The position numbers were made by a program, and so were the translations under genes. The notes beneath the pieces were generated by a model. That model was not told where the DNA came from and did not search any database. It was given only the letters and a program-made list of their open reading frames with translations. From Eledone cirrhosa (Eukaryota), in assembly GCA_964016885.1 (NCBI GenBank), contig OZ024752.1, forward strand, positions 1,488,001 to 1,552,000: a DNA stretch of 64,000 nucleotides, given 5' to 3'. Below, piece by piece: positions 14,636 through 28,913 of the stretch; position 1 is the stretch's first letter, and each line of letters starts with the position of its first letter.

Positions 14636-15269
14636 TATATATATATATATATATATATATCATTATACTGAAGTAGCACTGCAGTGTGATTTTCTTATTG
14701 AAATATATACTCAACAATACCTTTAAATATATGACTTGAAAGATCAGTATACAATTATTTATCTATATCACCAAGAATGGGAATATAACGCATACATATA
14801 TTATATGAAAATAATTTAATAAATCTCCATTGATAAATTGCAGAAATCATTACATTCTCGGAAAAATGATATTCAACACATCACAAGGATTCTCTTTTTA
14901 TAAATATTCACCATTTGTACTCTAGAAATCCTCATATCTTTTGTAGCTAAACTGAGATTCTCGTTACAGTGAAATAAGTGAATTGTTATTTGGCTAGTGT
15001 ATTGGACGAAAAACATCGGTCAAATATTATCCTCGATTTCCAAATTTAGATTTGTGTGAAATCTAGCGTTTATCTACGTCTGCTATATTGCCAATAGTTC
15101 ATCAAATATTTCAATGTATTTTACCAATATACCTACTTATTCTTAACACTAAGCCTAGTAATTCCACTCCAGTTAACAATGATAATTTACATTAGATTTC
15201 TGGAAAACTTTCAGATAACATCACCAACGTCCAGAACTGACATTTAACCTTGTCTATATACATTCAGAA

Positions 15270-15470
<201 letters not shown>

Positions 15471-16102
15471 CATCACCGCACGGACATACAAAAGTACACG
15501 CAAAGACACACATATACAAGTATTGACTATCGCTTCAACGTTAATTACCTTCAACAGCCACACCACACCACATTTACGACTGAATAATGTTTATCAGAAA
15601 TCAGCAGCCACACTGCAATATCATCAGCAGAAAAGTGGACAGTCTCCCGCAGTCATTAGTCATCAACCGTATTTCCTTGTAAAGTCGGCTGTGTGAATTC
15701 AATGTCACATATATTCTATAATGTTAGCTGTATTATGTGTCTGCTACATAAACTCAGTGAAACCACGGCGAGTGAAAGTGTTTCAAGGGTTTCACCTGCC
15801 CATTCTCCATTGTTCAATGTTGATTATATTGATACTTATTTAACTTCTCGAAATATATTTCTTTGTCAATCCACCTACATACTTATATAACTACATGTCT
15901 ACCTTTATATATATATGCATATGTATATACAATAAAAGAATACATTCATACATACACACACACGCACACACACCTATATATATATATATAATTTGGGAGT
16001 ATATTACTGCCAATAAAAACACAAATACCTGTTAGTTTCTACTTCAATTTATTACAAAATTTCAGTTGGTTGGTTTTATAACAGAATGGTAGTTTATCTA
16101 TT

Positions 16103-16144
16103 GTCACAGCTATTTCACACACAATATGTGTCCTCCTCAATGAC
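16103..16144 (-). ncRNA. Degenerate type I hammerhead in a relative (15990-16150) of the 3871-4233 element
   Basis: Minus strand GTCA-TTGAGGA-GGACACA-tat-TGTGTGT-GAAA-TAGCTG-TGAC. Stem I GTCA/TGAC, stem II intact, near-palindromic stem III; C3U change and apparent 2-nt loss at the cleavage site. Confidence 0.5.
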
Positions 16145-16198
16145 TAATTTGTTATTTTTGTTTTTCCCCACATCATCTTGTTTTTGAAGGCTGTGCTT

Positions 16199-16283
<85 letters not shown>

Positions 16284-16286
16284 CTT

Positions 16287-16363
<77 letters not shown>

Positions 16364-16753
16364 TAATACCCGAATATATGCCGAACCTACCACCTGTATC
16401 TAAATGTGTGCGCTCTGAACTGGCAATTCGGAAATGCAAGTCCCGTTAAATCATCGAGCGAGTGGGAAGATTCAACGTAATAGCACAAACTCAGTTTGTT
16501 TGATTCGATACACTTATATATATATATATATGCATATAAGAGAGTATTGAAGTTTGCTTGAAGCATTGTGGAATAATAAGATTTATTTTATTTTAGTCGT
16601 TTTGTAAGCCTCAACAATGAAAAGGGGTGAGTCTCCGGGTAACAGGATCCGGTGGTGAAGAGAGAGATGTAAGGGAATGTAGAATGAGATGTATAGTGTG
16701 TAGAGGAACGTAGGAAAGAGCGTAAAAACAAAAATAACACGAGATTTAATTGT

Positions 16754-16783
16754 CCCTAAATTTCGGATTCGCATCAACTGGGG
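16754..16783 (-). ncRNA. Hammerhead-like remnant with CAGUUGA core in the PLE pseudo-LTR
   Basis: CCC-CAGTTGA-TGCGAATCC-GAAA-TTTA-GGG, a deleted version of 54223-54258. Confidence 0.3.
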
Positions 16784-17135
16784 GGTTTTCCGGGGAGGGG
16801 GTAAGTTATCTGACGGAGAGGAATGGTACTTGTCCTCTGCTGTTCGCTGTTTGTGACTAACTGATGAATTCTGCAGAGCGCACGTGCGCGCGGAATAGGT
16901 GCGATCAAGCAAAGGTCGAAGCAGTTATTTTAATTGTGGGAGTGGGATGGCGTTAGCTGTCAATCCATTGTACTATTCATCTGTGCTGGTTTTTGGTACT
17001 AGCAGTGTAGTATAGTCGTATGGTAGTAGTCTGCCTGGTCGCGTGTTGGTCGGTGGAAGGTGGCGGTGCTACACACACAATAAAAATCGTTCGAATGCCA
17101 CTGTGTGCGTGTGCGTGTGTTGTTGTCTCGTTTGT

Positions 17136-17681
17136 TTACACTAACCACCTCATCTCGCTTCTCTCGGATCGGTTATTTATTTGTGGCTCTTGGCGTTTGA
17201 TCCAAAGGGCTTCCTTGATTCGTAACGTGCCCACGTTGCGTTCTGTCGCTAGCACTGTGACAATGGGCCTTCCGTTATTGTTTCCGCATTTGGTTATGTG
17301 TTTCCGGAAAGACGAGGCCCTGGTGTTGATGTGCTCCTTGATCCGGATATGTAGCGGCCGGATTGTGCTACCGATATAGTAGCGGTTGCACTTGTCACAT
17401 TCTACCTTGTATACAACGTATGTGGGGAAGCAACAGTACGTATGGCGCATCGGACAGTCTATTTCCCGGGTTTCCTGGAGAAGCATCTTCGCAGGGAGGG
17501 GCCGTATAGCCCTGCGGATAGCGTTGGTGGTATTCTCGCCCATATGTGGTATTTTAAGGAAGCACTTGCCTTCGGTGTTTCTCAGCCTCTTGCGTCTGGT
17601 GTCTCTTACTCTGTTTGTGAGCGAGGTTGGGTAGCCGTTCGTCTCCAGCACTTTGAGGAATCGCTTGATGTAGGTGACCAA
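17136..17681 (-). pseudogene. Penelope-like element C-terminal thumb/linker + GIY-YIG endonuclease (truncated ORF)
   Basis: NGYP motif, then VVYKVECDKCNRYYIGSTIRPLHIRIKEH..EALWIKRQEPQIN: GIY-YIG with CxxC, conserved R, E and N. The ORF start is the truncation point, not a real start. Confidence 0.9.
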
Positions 17682-18041
17682 AGTAACTCTATCTCGTGTT
17701 ATTATTTTTATTTTTTAAGCTCTTTCCTACGTTGCTCTACACACTATACATCTCATTCTATATTCCTTTACCTCTCTCTCTTTACCACCGGATCCTGTTA
17801 CCCGGAGACTTTCCCATCTGCATTGTTGCGGGTTCCAAAATGACCAAAAGAAAATAAATAAATATATATAGACGGCGGGTAGTGAAGACGTATGCATTCT
17901 TTTCTGACTATGATATTTTGTAATATGTTTTACATAGATCAATAATTAAATGAACATGCAGAATATTACCGCCCAGAAACGATCGTAAAATAATGTGTTT
18001 TACTATGAATTAACAGTTATGTGTTTAATTTCATTGTTTTA

Positions 18042-18203
<162 letters not shown>

Positions 18204-18252
18204 AGACGTAAAATAAGAAAATTATAAAATTAACTTACTTACTAAAATATCA

Positions 18253-18333
18253 CTTCCAACTAATTAGTTTCTGGAATGGAGTAAATATATTTTCCGAAGA
18301 ATAATATAGAAAAGCATTCCGTCGTCAGGAAAG
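18253..18333 (-). ncRNA. Type I hammerhead ribozyme, CUGACGA core, predicted GUU cleavage between 18258 and 18257
   Basis: Stem I CTTTC/GGAAG; CTGACGA; stem II GGAATG/CATTCC with an insertion containing cUUCGg; GAAA; palindromic stem III ACTAATTAGT. Confidence 0.8.
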
Positions 18334-18766
18334 TCTATTCTCATGTAAGTTTCCAGGCAAAGCGAGGACACTGGAAACTTATTAAAAAAATAATTCACTG
18401 GATAGTAAATAGCGAAGCGTGGACTGAATTCCAAGCCATTGAGAAAATCACTGCCTCTACGTCTGTGGCAAATTCAAAAAGAATCGAACACGTGACATCG
18501 AGGTCAATCAGTGGAAAGTGGTTTGCTAATAAGACAGCGGCCTGCCTATAACCGTAGCAGCAGTCATGGCCAATATTGCTCGACAAATAATTTGGAGATA
18601 ATAATGAAGAATTCATATCTAGTAACATATATATACATACAGATGCATATCAATGCTAGCAAATATATAGGTTTTGTCTTAATAACAGTGTGGTTCAATG
18701 CAGGACAATAATATAGGAGACGTAAAATAAGAAAATTATAAAATTAACTTACTTACTAAAATATCA

Positions 18767-18847
18767 CTTCCAACTAATTAGTTTCTGGAATGGAGTAAAT
18801 ATATTTTCCTAAGAATAATATCGAGAAGCATTCCGTCGTCAGGAAAG
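18767..18847 (-). ncRNA. Type I hammerhead ribozyme, second family C copy
   Basis: Same core and stems as 18253-18333. Differences lie only in the stem II insertion. Confidence 0.8.
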
Positions 18848-20044
18848 TCTATTCTCATGTAAGTTTCCAGGCAAAGCGAGGACACTGATCAACTCAGGCG
18901 GCGTTGTCTTTTAATTTTGGACAGTTCCCACCCACAGATGACAATGATGCACGTCTACACTCTTTTCTGAATACACCTAGGTTTTGTCCAAATGCATTAC
19001 TGGAGACGACTAAACTATCATCAAAACGTAGCCAAACGTTAAATGTTGAATGATTTTTCTAAATACATATAAGCTGTATAAAACAATTCTATGCTAAATC
19101 CCAACACAACCAAAATAATGCTTTCCCATGTGGAAAGACCTGTCGGGGTGGCCCCTTTTTTTATCCATTCTGAATCATTATGAACTAATCATTTTCTCAC
19201 ATGTACATTTACTTTCCACTCAGGCCTATGTTTTCTGCGATATAATTGAAAATATTTTTAGACGTCTAATCTTCGATATATGTTTAATTTTGATAATTCT
19301 TAACGGACTTAATCTTAACCCTTTGCTGTTCTTTTGTGCTTAGAATAATAACGTCATTTTACTACTTTTGCTCAGAGCGATTTGCAATCTAAACAGCTCT
19401 CTGATTTGTAATGTCGATATGTTTGTCTTTCAAGTTGAATCCAAAACAATCCATATGATTTAATAGTGATAAACGCCCGGAGCTTCCTAATATTTATAAA
19501 GTTTCATCAACTGCAATATTATCAGATATTACGTTAGAATCTCAACGGATTTTAATATAAATGTGTATACTTGTGCTATGCAATTAATTAGTAATATTGC
19601 ATGTAATTATATCAGTTTTACATGTATCCAAGAGAACACAATACTGTACACATTTGTTAACGTTCCTAAAGGGTTTCCATTGAAAATTGTAACAAGAATT
19701 GCGGAATATAAGACTCATAATTGAACTTACAACTTTCAATTTCAAAGCTCAGTGCTTGACGCATTTTAATCATGTAGTTATCTACACAATAAATAACTAG
19801 GATAGAATATAGATACCTTGTTTTCCTCCTCAGTTCCCGGTAGAGTTTAGCGTAGATTGTCATGTTGTTGGTCGGGATCCAAGGTGAAATATACATGATT
19901 TTAATAAATTTCGGTTTCAACCGCAAGTGCATAAGTACCTTTCCTGTGCGGTCGTCGAGAAGCGAACTCCATTTTCAGAGGCAGTCATAACTGACATATT
20001 CTTACTAGTAGCGACGATTATATAGCAGCATTTTGTTGAATCAC

Positions 20045-20195
20045 ATTAAAATCCATCAAACGGATATTGTAATACCCGATATTAAAGCACCCAGGCTCAC
20101 TCAAACATGTATATAGTTATACATGTTTGAGTGAGCCTGGGTGCTTTAATATCGTTAATATCGGGTATTACAATACCCGTTTGGTGGATTTTAAT
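20045..20195. repeat. Fold-back palindrome ending in (TA)n
   Basis: About 68 bp arms around CATGTATA-tagt-TATACATG, with a 9-bp duplication in the right arm. No hammerhead seen. Confidence 0.85.
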
Positions 20196-22149
20196 ATATA
20201 TATTGGTGGATTTTAATATATATATATATAATGTTCCAAAGGACTAGAACTGTTTCATTGGAAGGAAATCATCAGAAAGGAATGAAACATTGTATGTCTT
20301 GTAGTAGCCATTTCTATATTAAACATTATATACTGTACTATGTATTGAGTACGTTACTTATGTGGTTACCCCCGATTGAACCCGGGATTCACACACACAC
20401 ACACACACACAGACACATATATATATATATATATGTATATATATTTGTGTATGTGTTTACATGTATGCATGTGTATGTATTTGATTGTCTGTATCTGCCT
20501 AGACATAGGCATATGTGTGTCCGAGTGTGTGAATGCTTGAATATTTCTTACCACAAACACGTTCATGCAAAACACATTTCCATATACCGATGCAAAAAGA
20601 GATGTGAATCGATTATCTCACATTGAAATACACATATAATTAAAATTATATTGAAAGATATGAGAAAACATAGACGTCTCCCTAACAAGACGTGTATCAC
20701 TTTATATTTAATGTTTGCATGCTTATTTTACGTGCATATTCTAATTATATTTACAGGTTTCCACTTTAAAACTTTCCATTAATTATATGATAGATCGCAT
20801 GTCCTATACTTCGATTTTTTCATTGAACACACTTCTTCATTTGCTATTAGACAGTTATTCACATTGGAAACAAATCTTCTTCTATGAATATTTGTTTACA
20901 TTTAAGGGTGTATTTTATATACGTGCGAATTTAGAAGAGTACACGTTTCGTTATCCTGCCATAATATATGCACACATATATACACACACTCACACACTTA
21001 CACATACACGCACACACACGCACACACACACACACACGCACACACACACACACACAACTTACATGCACATATATATACCTATATATATTCACATACACAT
21101 AGTTATTAATATAAATACGTAAATTTCATATTTATTTAAAAATCTGTGTGGGAGTATGCCTACTTAAATACTTACATTCATAAATAAAGGCATGCATAAA
21201 TGCATGCTTGCATGCATACAAACATACATAAATCTTACTTACATATCAACATACATAAAACATACATATATACATATATGCATGCATGCATACATACAAA
21301 CAGAACATATACATACATAAACATATACATACACACATAACATATACATGCATAAACATATACATACATACATAACCATATACATACATGCATACATGCA
21401 TAAAAGCATACACACGTACGTACATATATTCGTACATACGTTTATATTTAATATCAGCTGAAACGTCACACTTGCGAGTTTGCGTTTTGCATTTCTACGC
21501 CACAATTGATCTTCTTTTAATTGCTATCACGGATATGAATTCAAATAATTTGAGTTCCCTCAGGATGCAATTTACAAGTAAATAAATAAATTTCCTGCTT
21601 CATGAGAATCAAAAGAGTGATTGAATATTTCAAAACAAAAATTTCGAAGTGAAGATTTGGCGTAAAGGAATGTTTTTGAGAAAGAAGAAAACGAAAAATA
21701 AAAGGAGATATGTTAAAAGGGATGAGAGATAAAATGATAATAAAAACGTTAGATGAATATGAATAAACTACATTGGGAAATGTAAAGCGAATGTTCCTCA
21801 TTGCAGAGAAAAAGAGTCTTAGCAATATTTGAAAATTTAATGTTAAGAGAAATACAGTTGTATAATAATATATCGTTTATGTATATCGCAGATATATGGA
21901 AAGAAAAGTGTTGAAGGTAAAGGGAAATGTATTGAACCATACTAGACTTTATATTAAATGTTATTAATGTGCTCATATGTGTGGTGTTATGTTGAAACAT
22001 AAAATATATTTCTAAATTAGTGAAACATATACACAACAGGACAAAGAGGTATGTTAATGTATGAGGCTTAATTCATTTAAGATAAAGGGATTAACTCAAA
22101 TTGAGGAAAGTGATATAATTTAAATAATTTAACACTGTGGTATCTTATA

Positions 22150-22413
22150 GGGCCTTAGTAAGAAGCAATGTTTGTGTCTATATATGGATACTATATGAGA
22201 GCGACGTCGTCTTCTCCTTCTAACTATGTTGATTTCTTTCGTGTGTCGCCCCTCATCTCTCTATATAGATCAGTCAAAGTCCAAGGCGTCTCTTTTCTGT
22301 ATCTATCTATATACACATATCTCGCCTGGCGCATCTCCTCTGTATATAAAATGAGTGTGATGGACGGAGGGACGGACTGACAGATACACAGCGATCTTAT
22401 TATAATATAGATT
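22150..22413 (-). mobile_element. Possible non-autonomous Helitron-like repeat
   Basis: Minus strand begins A/TCTATATTATAATAAG followed by TCTGTCAGTCCGTCCCTCCGTCC, typical of such 5' ends. No clear 3' CTAG/hairpin. Confidence 0.4.
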
Positions 22414-22971
22414 ATTTAAAATGTTATATTCAAATATTCCAGCATGGGGTCAATATTCTCAAAGCCCAGAAAGGCATAAATTGCAAAGATTTCGGTTTTA
22501 GAACTTCCCCTATTTATGCAACACCTCAATAATTACTCCAATAAAAAACAACCCTTTATACCTCTATTCTTTTACCCAATGTTTGCCATAATTTCTACAT
22601 TTGCGTTTTTCACACAACTTTCCTTTGATTCAGTTGAAGTTATTTCTCTCAGAGTGCTAAGAGCCTGGAGATTGTTTTAGTAGAGCTTCTATCTTTATTG
22701 AAGATTGTTTATTCCACGGCAATAGGAGAATATTTTCACCGCTAATATCCCACAAAAATATGTTTAAACGTGTGATAACAAAGAAAGCTATTAAAATACT
22801 GTTGAAAAGCTGCTGTAGATCCAAAGAATCTGGATTTCTTTAACACGATGAAGATAAAAATATATCTGTTGAAAGGAAGAAACTCAACAATATCATGGAC
22901 TAAAGTAGCAAAACAACTTTATGTGAACGTGGTAGGTTCGTACCTATTGCTGTGTTTCCTATATTAATACG

Positions 22972-23041
<70 letters not shown>

Positions 23042-23080
23042 CTGTATTTGCACACACGTGTATATACATAAATGTATATA

Positions 23081-23189
<109 letters not shown>

Positions 23190-23919
23190 ATATATATATA
23201 CATATTGTGTGTTTGTGAGTCTATGAAAGTGTGAATATATACACTAAGGTATGCATATAGATACGATGTATACATTAAATATGAAAATTAAATGTTAAGA
23301 ATATCGGAAGATACATACCGAGTCTTATAACCGTGGATACATCATAGATGAATACGTTATCAAAAACTCATCAAAGAGAATCCAATATCCATTACACTGA
23401 ACAATAACGTTTGGTTTTCTATTATGGTTTTCCGAGTTCCTGTAACAGAGTGTTTTCTTCTCTGTTATATGTTTCTATTATTATAGATACCACAGCCTAA
23501 ATTACAATTTTCCCGTAATAAATACATACCCTTTTTCTCAACTAACAATAGCTTTCACGTTTTGTTTTTCGTTATGTAATACAGCGGTCTGCAGTAGCTT
23601 GTCAGTGTTATTCTACTTCGGGTCATGGAGTTTACACCTTTATGTGTGCATCTAAATATATTAAGTACATCAGTCATTTGAAATTTATTCATCGGCTTTC
23701 TTGTTTTATAATTTCTTGCTTTTACAAGGGAAATCTTGTATTATGGTATGACTTGAGTTTATCATATATGTTATATTCTTAGAAATATATGCTTTAAGCA
23801 CTGGCAGATATGTTTCTTATTAGTTTTTTAACCAATATTAATCCTGTGCAAGAATTATATAATATACCTAAAATACTAATTGATTGCTTGCTTATGTTAT
23901 GTAGTGGGATTAATATGTA

Positions 23920-23981
<62 letters not shown>

Positions 23982-26900
23982 TGTTATACATGGGGAGAGT
24001 CATATTATTGTAGTAATATTGCTAGAATTAATAACAGAACACACTCACTGTTTGGCTGGTTTTCGTTTCTGTATCTTTTATATCAGTTAATCCATTCGGT
24101 CCTCAATGTTTACCATTGACTGACCAACGGTCAAAAATACAGATATAATATAGATATAAACCCATATATATAGTCTAACAAAGTTCTTTCGTTGCACATC
24201 TGCAACATCGTCAGTGGTGCTATTACGTTCCTCTTGTATTGTATATCTACGCCATCATGTGTATATATTTATATATATTCCATTCTCTGGTTGTATCGGA
24301 AAAAAAAACACGAGGAGAAAGAATTATGATAGGAGATGATACGAACATTTACTCAAATGATACTATTCATGGTTCGTTCACTTGGGTCAGCTCACGCCCG
24401 GGGAAATTGCTGGATTGTGATTTGAATAGGGACAGGTTGCTACCATTGTTAGTGCAAGATTAAGAATACATAAATGGACTACAAACTGTAATTGTATGAC
24501 TGATTGTTTAAATTGTACCGGGACCTCCAGTGAGAGGAATCTCATAGATAAATAGATTGTCCCTAAACACAAACTCGTGAAAAGCTAAATCATCAAAGGA
24601 GAATTTCAGATGTACGTCTTTCAATCGTATTTATCCATAAAGGCCTGCGCAATGACAGTGGTGGTGTCAACATTTCGGTATAAGATTAGCAACTTGGGGA
24701 TATGAAGTAATGAATGACACTAAACAGCTCTGTTAATCAAAATAACAAGAGGGAAGAATACACAAACCCTATGTCATTACACATGCTTTCTGAGTGTCTC
24801 AGTATATGACGCAGAAAATATATGCTAAAGAGTGATGAAAACAGCAACATAATATTAGCTGTAGAAAATCAAGAGATTTACCCTGAGTGGAAAACAGTTA
24901 TATTTTGTGTTTAATTTACTGAAGCAAAGCAAAGAAATCACGCCACTAAGATGGAAAGTGTTCCTGAAAAGGGAATAAGAAAGACCGAGGGAACTTACAT
25001 CAAGGAGAGAGAAGATGACGATTGGTGTTGCTTATGGGTGTTTGCATTTGTTGTGGCCAGGAAAGCAATAGTCTGGTATAGACTTCCGTAGCAAACATAT
25101 GTGAGAGGGGAACCTCGACTGTTAATAGATAAAGCAAAGAATAAACGCATGAAGACGATGCAGGAAACAGGAATAATACATCAGAAAAATTCCTATTAAA
25201 TTTAAATGATCCCCAAAGACTACTCTAATTGATGAAAAAGTTCGGAAGAATAACATTCTAAATATGTGAAGTTAAGCATATATATTGTCAAGTTAGCGGA
25301 TAAAATCAGAAAAGGCAGATAGTGAAGTCATTTCTGGAACAGTGACAGACAGATGCATCACATTCAGTCTATGAGGATATATCTAGGTATTCAGGGACAA
25401 AGGGAGAAAATATAGACTCGATAAGTATGAAAGATAAGAATATCAGCGAAACCTGGAAGTTGAGTTAGGAAATGGCAACTACACCATAACTGTTTTGAAG
25501 ATAACATTCATTTCAACAGCAGATTCCTCAAACAGTCGGTGATGGACGAATTTCCAGTAGGACACGATATAGTAGCCAAAAATACTAACAATTATATACT
25601 TAGGCAGGAATGCATCGACTGTTATACAATGTGCATAACATGGCCAACAGCTATTGACAGTTTTGATTGGAAAAGCTAATGACAGAAGAGACAGATAAAA
25701 GTGCCAATCCTGGTATTGTCATATGTTACAGAAAATAAATGTCAAGTGCTGCTAAGCGGATATGAAATTCTGTTCTGAGGTTAAGAAAAGAATAAAGAAT
25801 AGTATATCAACAGGGAACACACGTGGGAATTACAGCTCTCGTTTGCCGCTTATAGATTATCAATTGTACATCTTAAGAGTGATACCATTAGAGATTTTAG
25901 TAATATCCACACACAAAATAGAAACACACAAGCACTAACAGATATAGAATATGAATGCAAATAAATAACCCAGCATCTGTGTTCATACTAGTTCCCTCAT
26001 TATTATTTTTACCTATATTTCTGACGGTGTGCGGATGAATTCTACGAAGAAAGGACTCTAATATATCTTCACCTAAACATATCCATAGAATTATGCATAT
26101 ATACATGTAAACAAGCGTATATAAATATATACATATATGCAGACTTACATACGTACTGTATTTACATTACATGCACTAAATCTTTTGAAATAATTCAACG
26201 AGTTAATGCACTCTAAATATCTCAATGGAACTTCTCAGCTGGTGAATTCACATAAGCATGAACACAAAGATACCTACCAAAACTGCGGTGAAATGTGAGG
26301 TTTCCTCGCTATGATCTTAGAATGTTGTGACACTACTGCAAAACCTTCCATCCAACACTATCCCCATACTGCCAATCTACCGGCCACATCGACGAAAATT
26401 ATAATATCATGTCATGCATACTTATAAATCTGTTGAAGTGAAGTATATTGTTATTATCTCCCATGAATGCAGTATTACATTGTAAGTAATATATTTTCAG
26501 ACCTTCATAATACAGAGGAAGAGGATAAATGTTGCTCAACCTAATATAGCTAATAGGAATTAACGACATGCATTATACATTTATTATAAGTATATGTACA
26601 TTTATATCAGCGTAAATGAATATTTGGAACCCAAATTAAATCAATAAGGATCAAAATCTGAGCGTATAAATTTTGCCTTGAAAATTATGAAACCTACAAC
26701 TTAAACCATGTTTAGTTCAAGTTATATATATCAGTATATTCATATTATAAAGTTAATCTGAATATTGGTAGTAGACAAAGCGGGAATCATTTACAAAATC
26801 AGCTTTAGCGTATTCGCAAATATGTATTCAAAGAGAAATATATTTAAAATTTTATAAATCGTCCAATCTGCATAGTATAAAATATGTATACTAGTTTTAC

Positions 26901-28037
26901 GACATAAATAACGTCCTGTGATTAACATAATTCAATTAAATGTACTTACATAACTGTAAAACTATAATTGTTTCAACCATTCCAATCGAATCTATTCATA
27001 AACTATATGAGAACTATACATTTGTTGAATATCAACATATAAGCTGCTACGATCCGGCAATATAGGCGGAAAAAGTCGGACAGCTGAAACGCATTTATAC
27101 ATAATGAACTATTTTGTGTTTAAAAATACACTTGTATTTGTTATAATTCCACATGTTACATAATAAACGTACGGATATTTCATATTAATAAAAAATGTGA
27201 ACTAAGTACAAATGTTCGATAAATTTCAAAGCAATTATGTATTATAGAAATATATATCTCCTGTAAAACAATAAACCATAATTTTTCCCTGACAATTTAG
27301 TTGTCTGGTTACTGAAAAGTGTAATTTGCTCTTTTGATAAGGTCTGGATTTAGTCTGAAACGAAATTCAACAACTTTTTGTGAGGCGCCATATACTTATG
27401 GTAAGGACATGCTGATTGAAATAATATGTATTTAGTTTCAAGTTTAAGGCTCACATCGCGAAGAAAAGCCGTTATTTCAATTTACGTTTCTGTAATTCTT
27501 TTTTTCTTCTTGATATTTTAGTTAAGTGGTATACTTTTCCAATACGTTTATGTCTATTGCGTTGTTTTGGTGATTTTAATTTTGGTTTCTGTTCCTTACT
27601 AAATACATTTGCATAGAAGTGGAATTCAGTGCTCCCAATAATATTATATAAAGCAAAGATTTGAAAGTAAAGGTGTTTGTATTTTGGATACAGAACCAGA
27701 GTGATTTTGACGAGGATTTTATTATCACAATCAGCTGTGATATATGACAGAATATTCACAATACTGTCAGAAAACTACTGGTTATATCATTTTTCTTGTT
27801 TCTCTTAATGTTGAAGAAGTCATAGAGCAATCTGACCTTGACGTGAGTAAGCTAGAAATACAGAATCTATCACTCTGATGTCATCATCTTAATGGTGTAT
27901 GTATTTCGTACATGATGTATATAGACAACAAAACCAAGTAGCGTTGTAATATTATATAAATAAATAAATATATATACATATATATATATATATATATGAG
28001 TGTGTGTGTGTATATATATATACATACATATACATAC

Positions 28038-28108
<71 letters not shown>

Positions 28109-28136
28109 AGTGTGTCTTTGTGTGCATCTATGCTAT

Positions 28137-28212
<76 letters not shown>

Positions 28213-28864
28213 ATGTGAGTTTGTGTATGGTCACAAGATTCCGTAACGTCAATCATAACGACTTGTACTAATTTTAAAATAATGCATATTATATCAATGT
28301 CAGTTCAAAATCACCTTCACTAGATTGTATGTAATTCAGAGAAATCACTGTTTATTTGCTCGTCATAATTATATATATTACATTTATTGTGTGGTTAAGC
28401 ATTTACTGAAATAGTATGTGTCACTTATTTGACTTGTTTAGTTATACAATATATACAGCAGGGAAAAAAATACAAATCAAAATATACAGAAAGAGGAGAA
28501 AACTTCATAGAAAACACGGAATAGGAAGATTTACAATGACTGTTGCAGCCAGGTTGGCTGCAAACTTCCTCAGCTCATGCTAACCATGCGTTTATCAGTA
28601 TCATTTCCTTACACAAACCATGATCAATACGTAAATCGGTATTTTCTTTCAATTCTCTTTTGCATCTCACCGTTTATATATGTAGTCATATTTGTATGTC
28701 TAAATATCATGATTACACCTAGTCTTCCTAAATACATACATACATACATGCATACATGCATACATACGCATACATAGATATACGCATACACATACATATT
28801 TATATATATATATAAACGCATACAAATCTATATGTCTATATATATATATAGATATATATGTGTG

Positions 28865-28913
<49 letters not shown>

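Larger units (their letters stand above)
16535..17865 (-). mobile_element. 5'-truncated Penelope-like element: GIY-YIG region, 3' pseudo-LTR, plus an inverted copy of the 3' end (17680-17865)
   Basis: GIY-YIG ORF. 16583-16745 is the reverse complement of 17693-17860. Ends at (TA)n. pLTR homologue at ~54018-54300 and a short end fragment at ~62528-62560. Confidence 0.85.

Noticed and set aside
16861-16905. CTGATGA followed by a hairpin on the + strand
   Set aside because: No GAAA or stem III follows, and it is antisense to the PLE.
19905-19965. Minus-strand CTCGACGA-CCGCA..TGCGG-TT-GAAA
   Set aside because: The core is distorted and stems III and I cannot be formed.
24600-25800. Purine-rich stretch with hints of LINE RT C-terminal motifs (YLG-like); similar hints at ~41300-43000
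   Set aside because: Too decayed to support by eye. It needs a translated HMM search.
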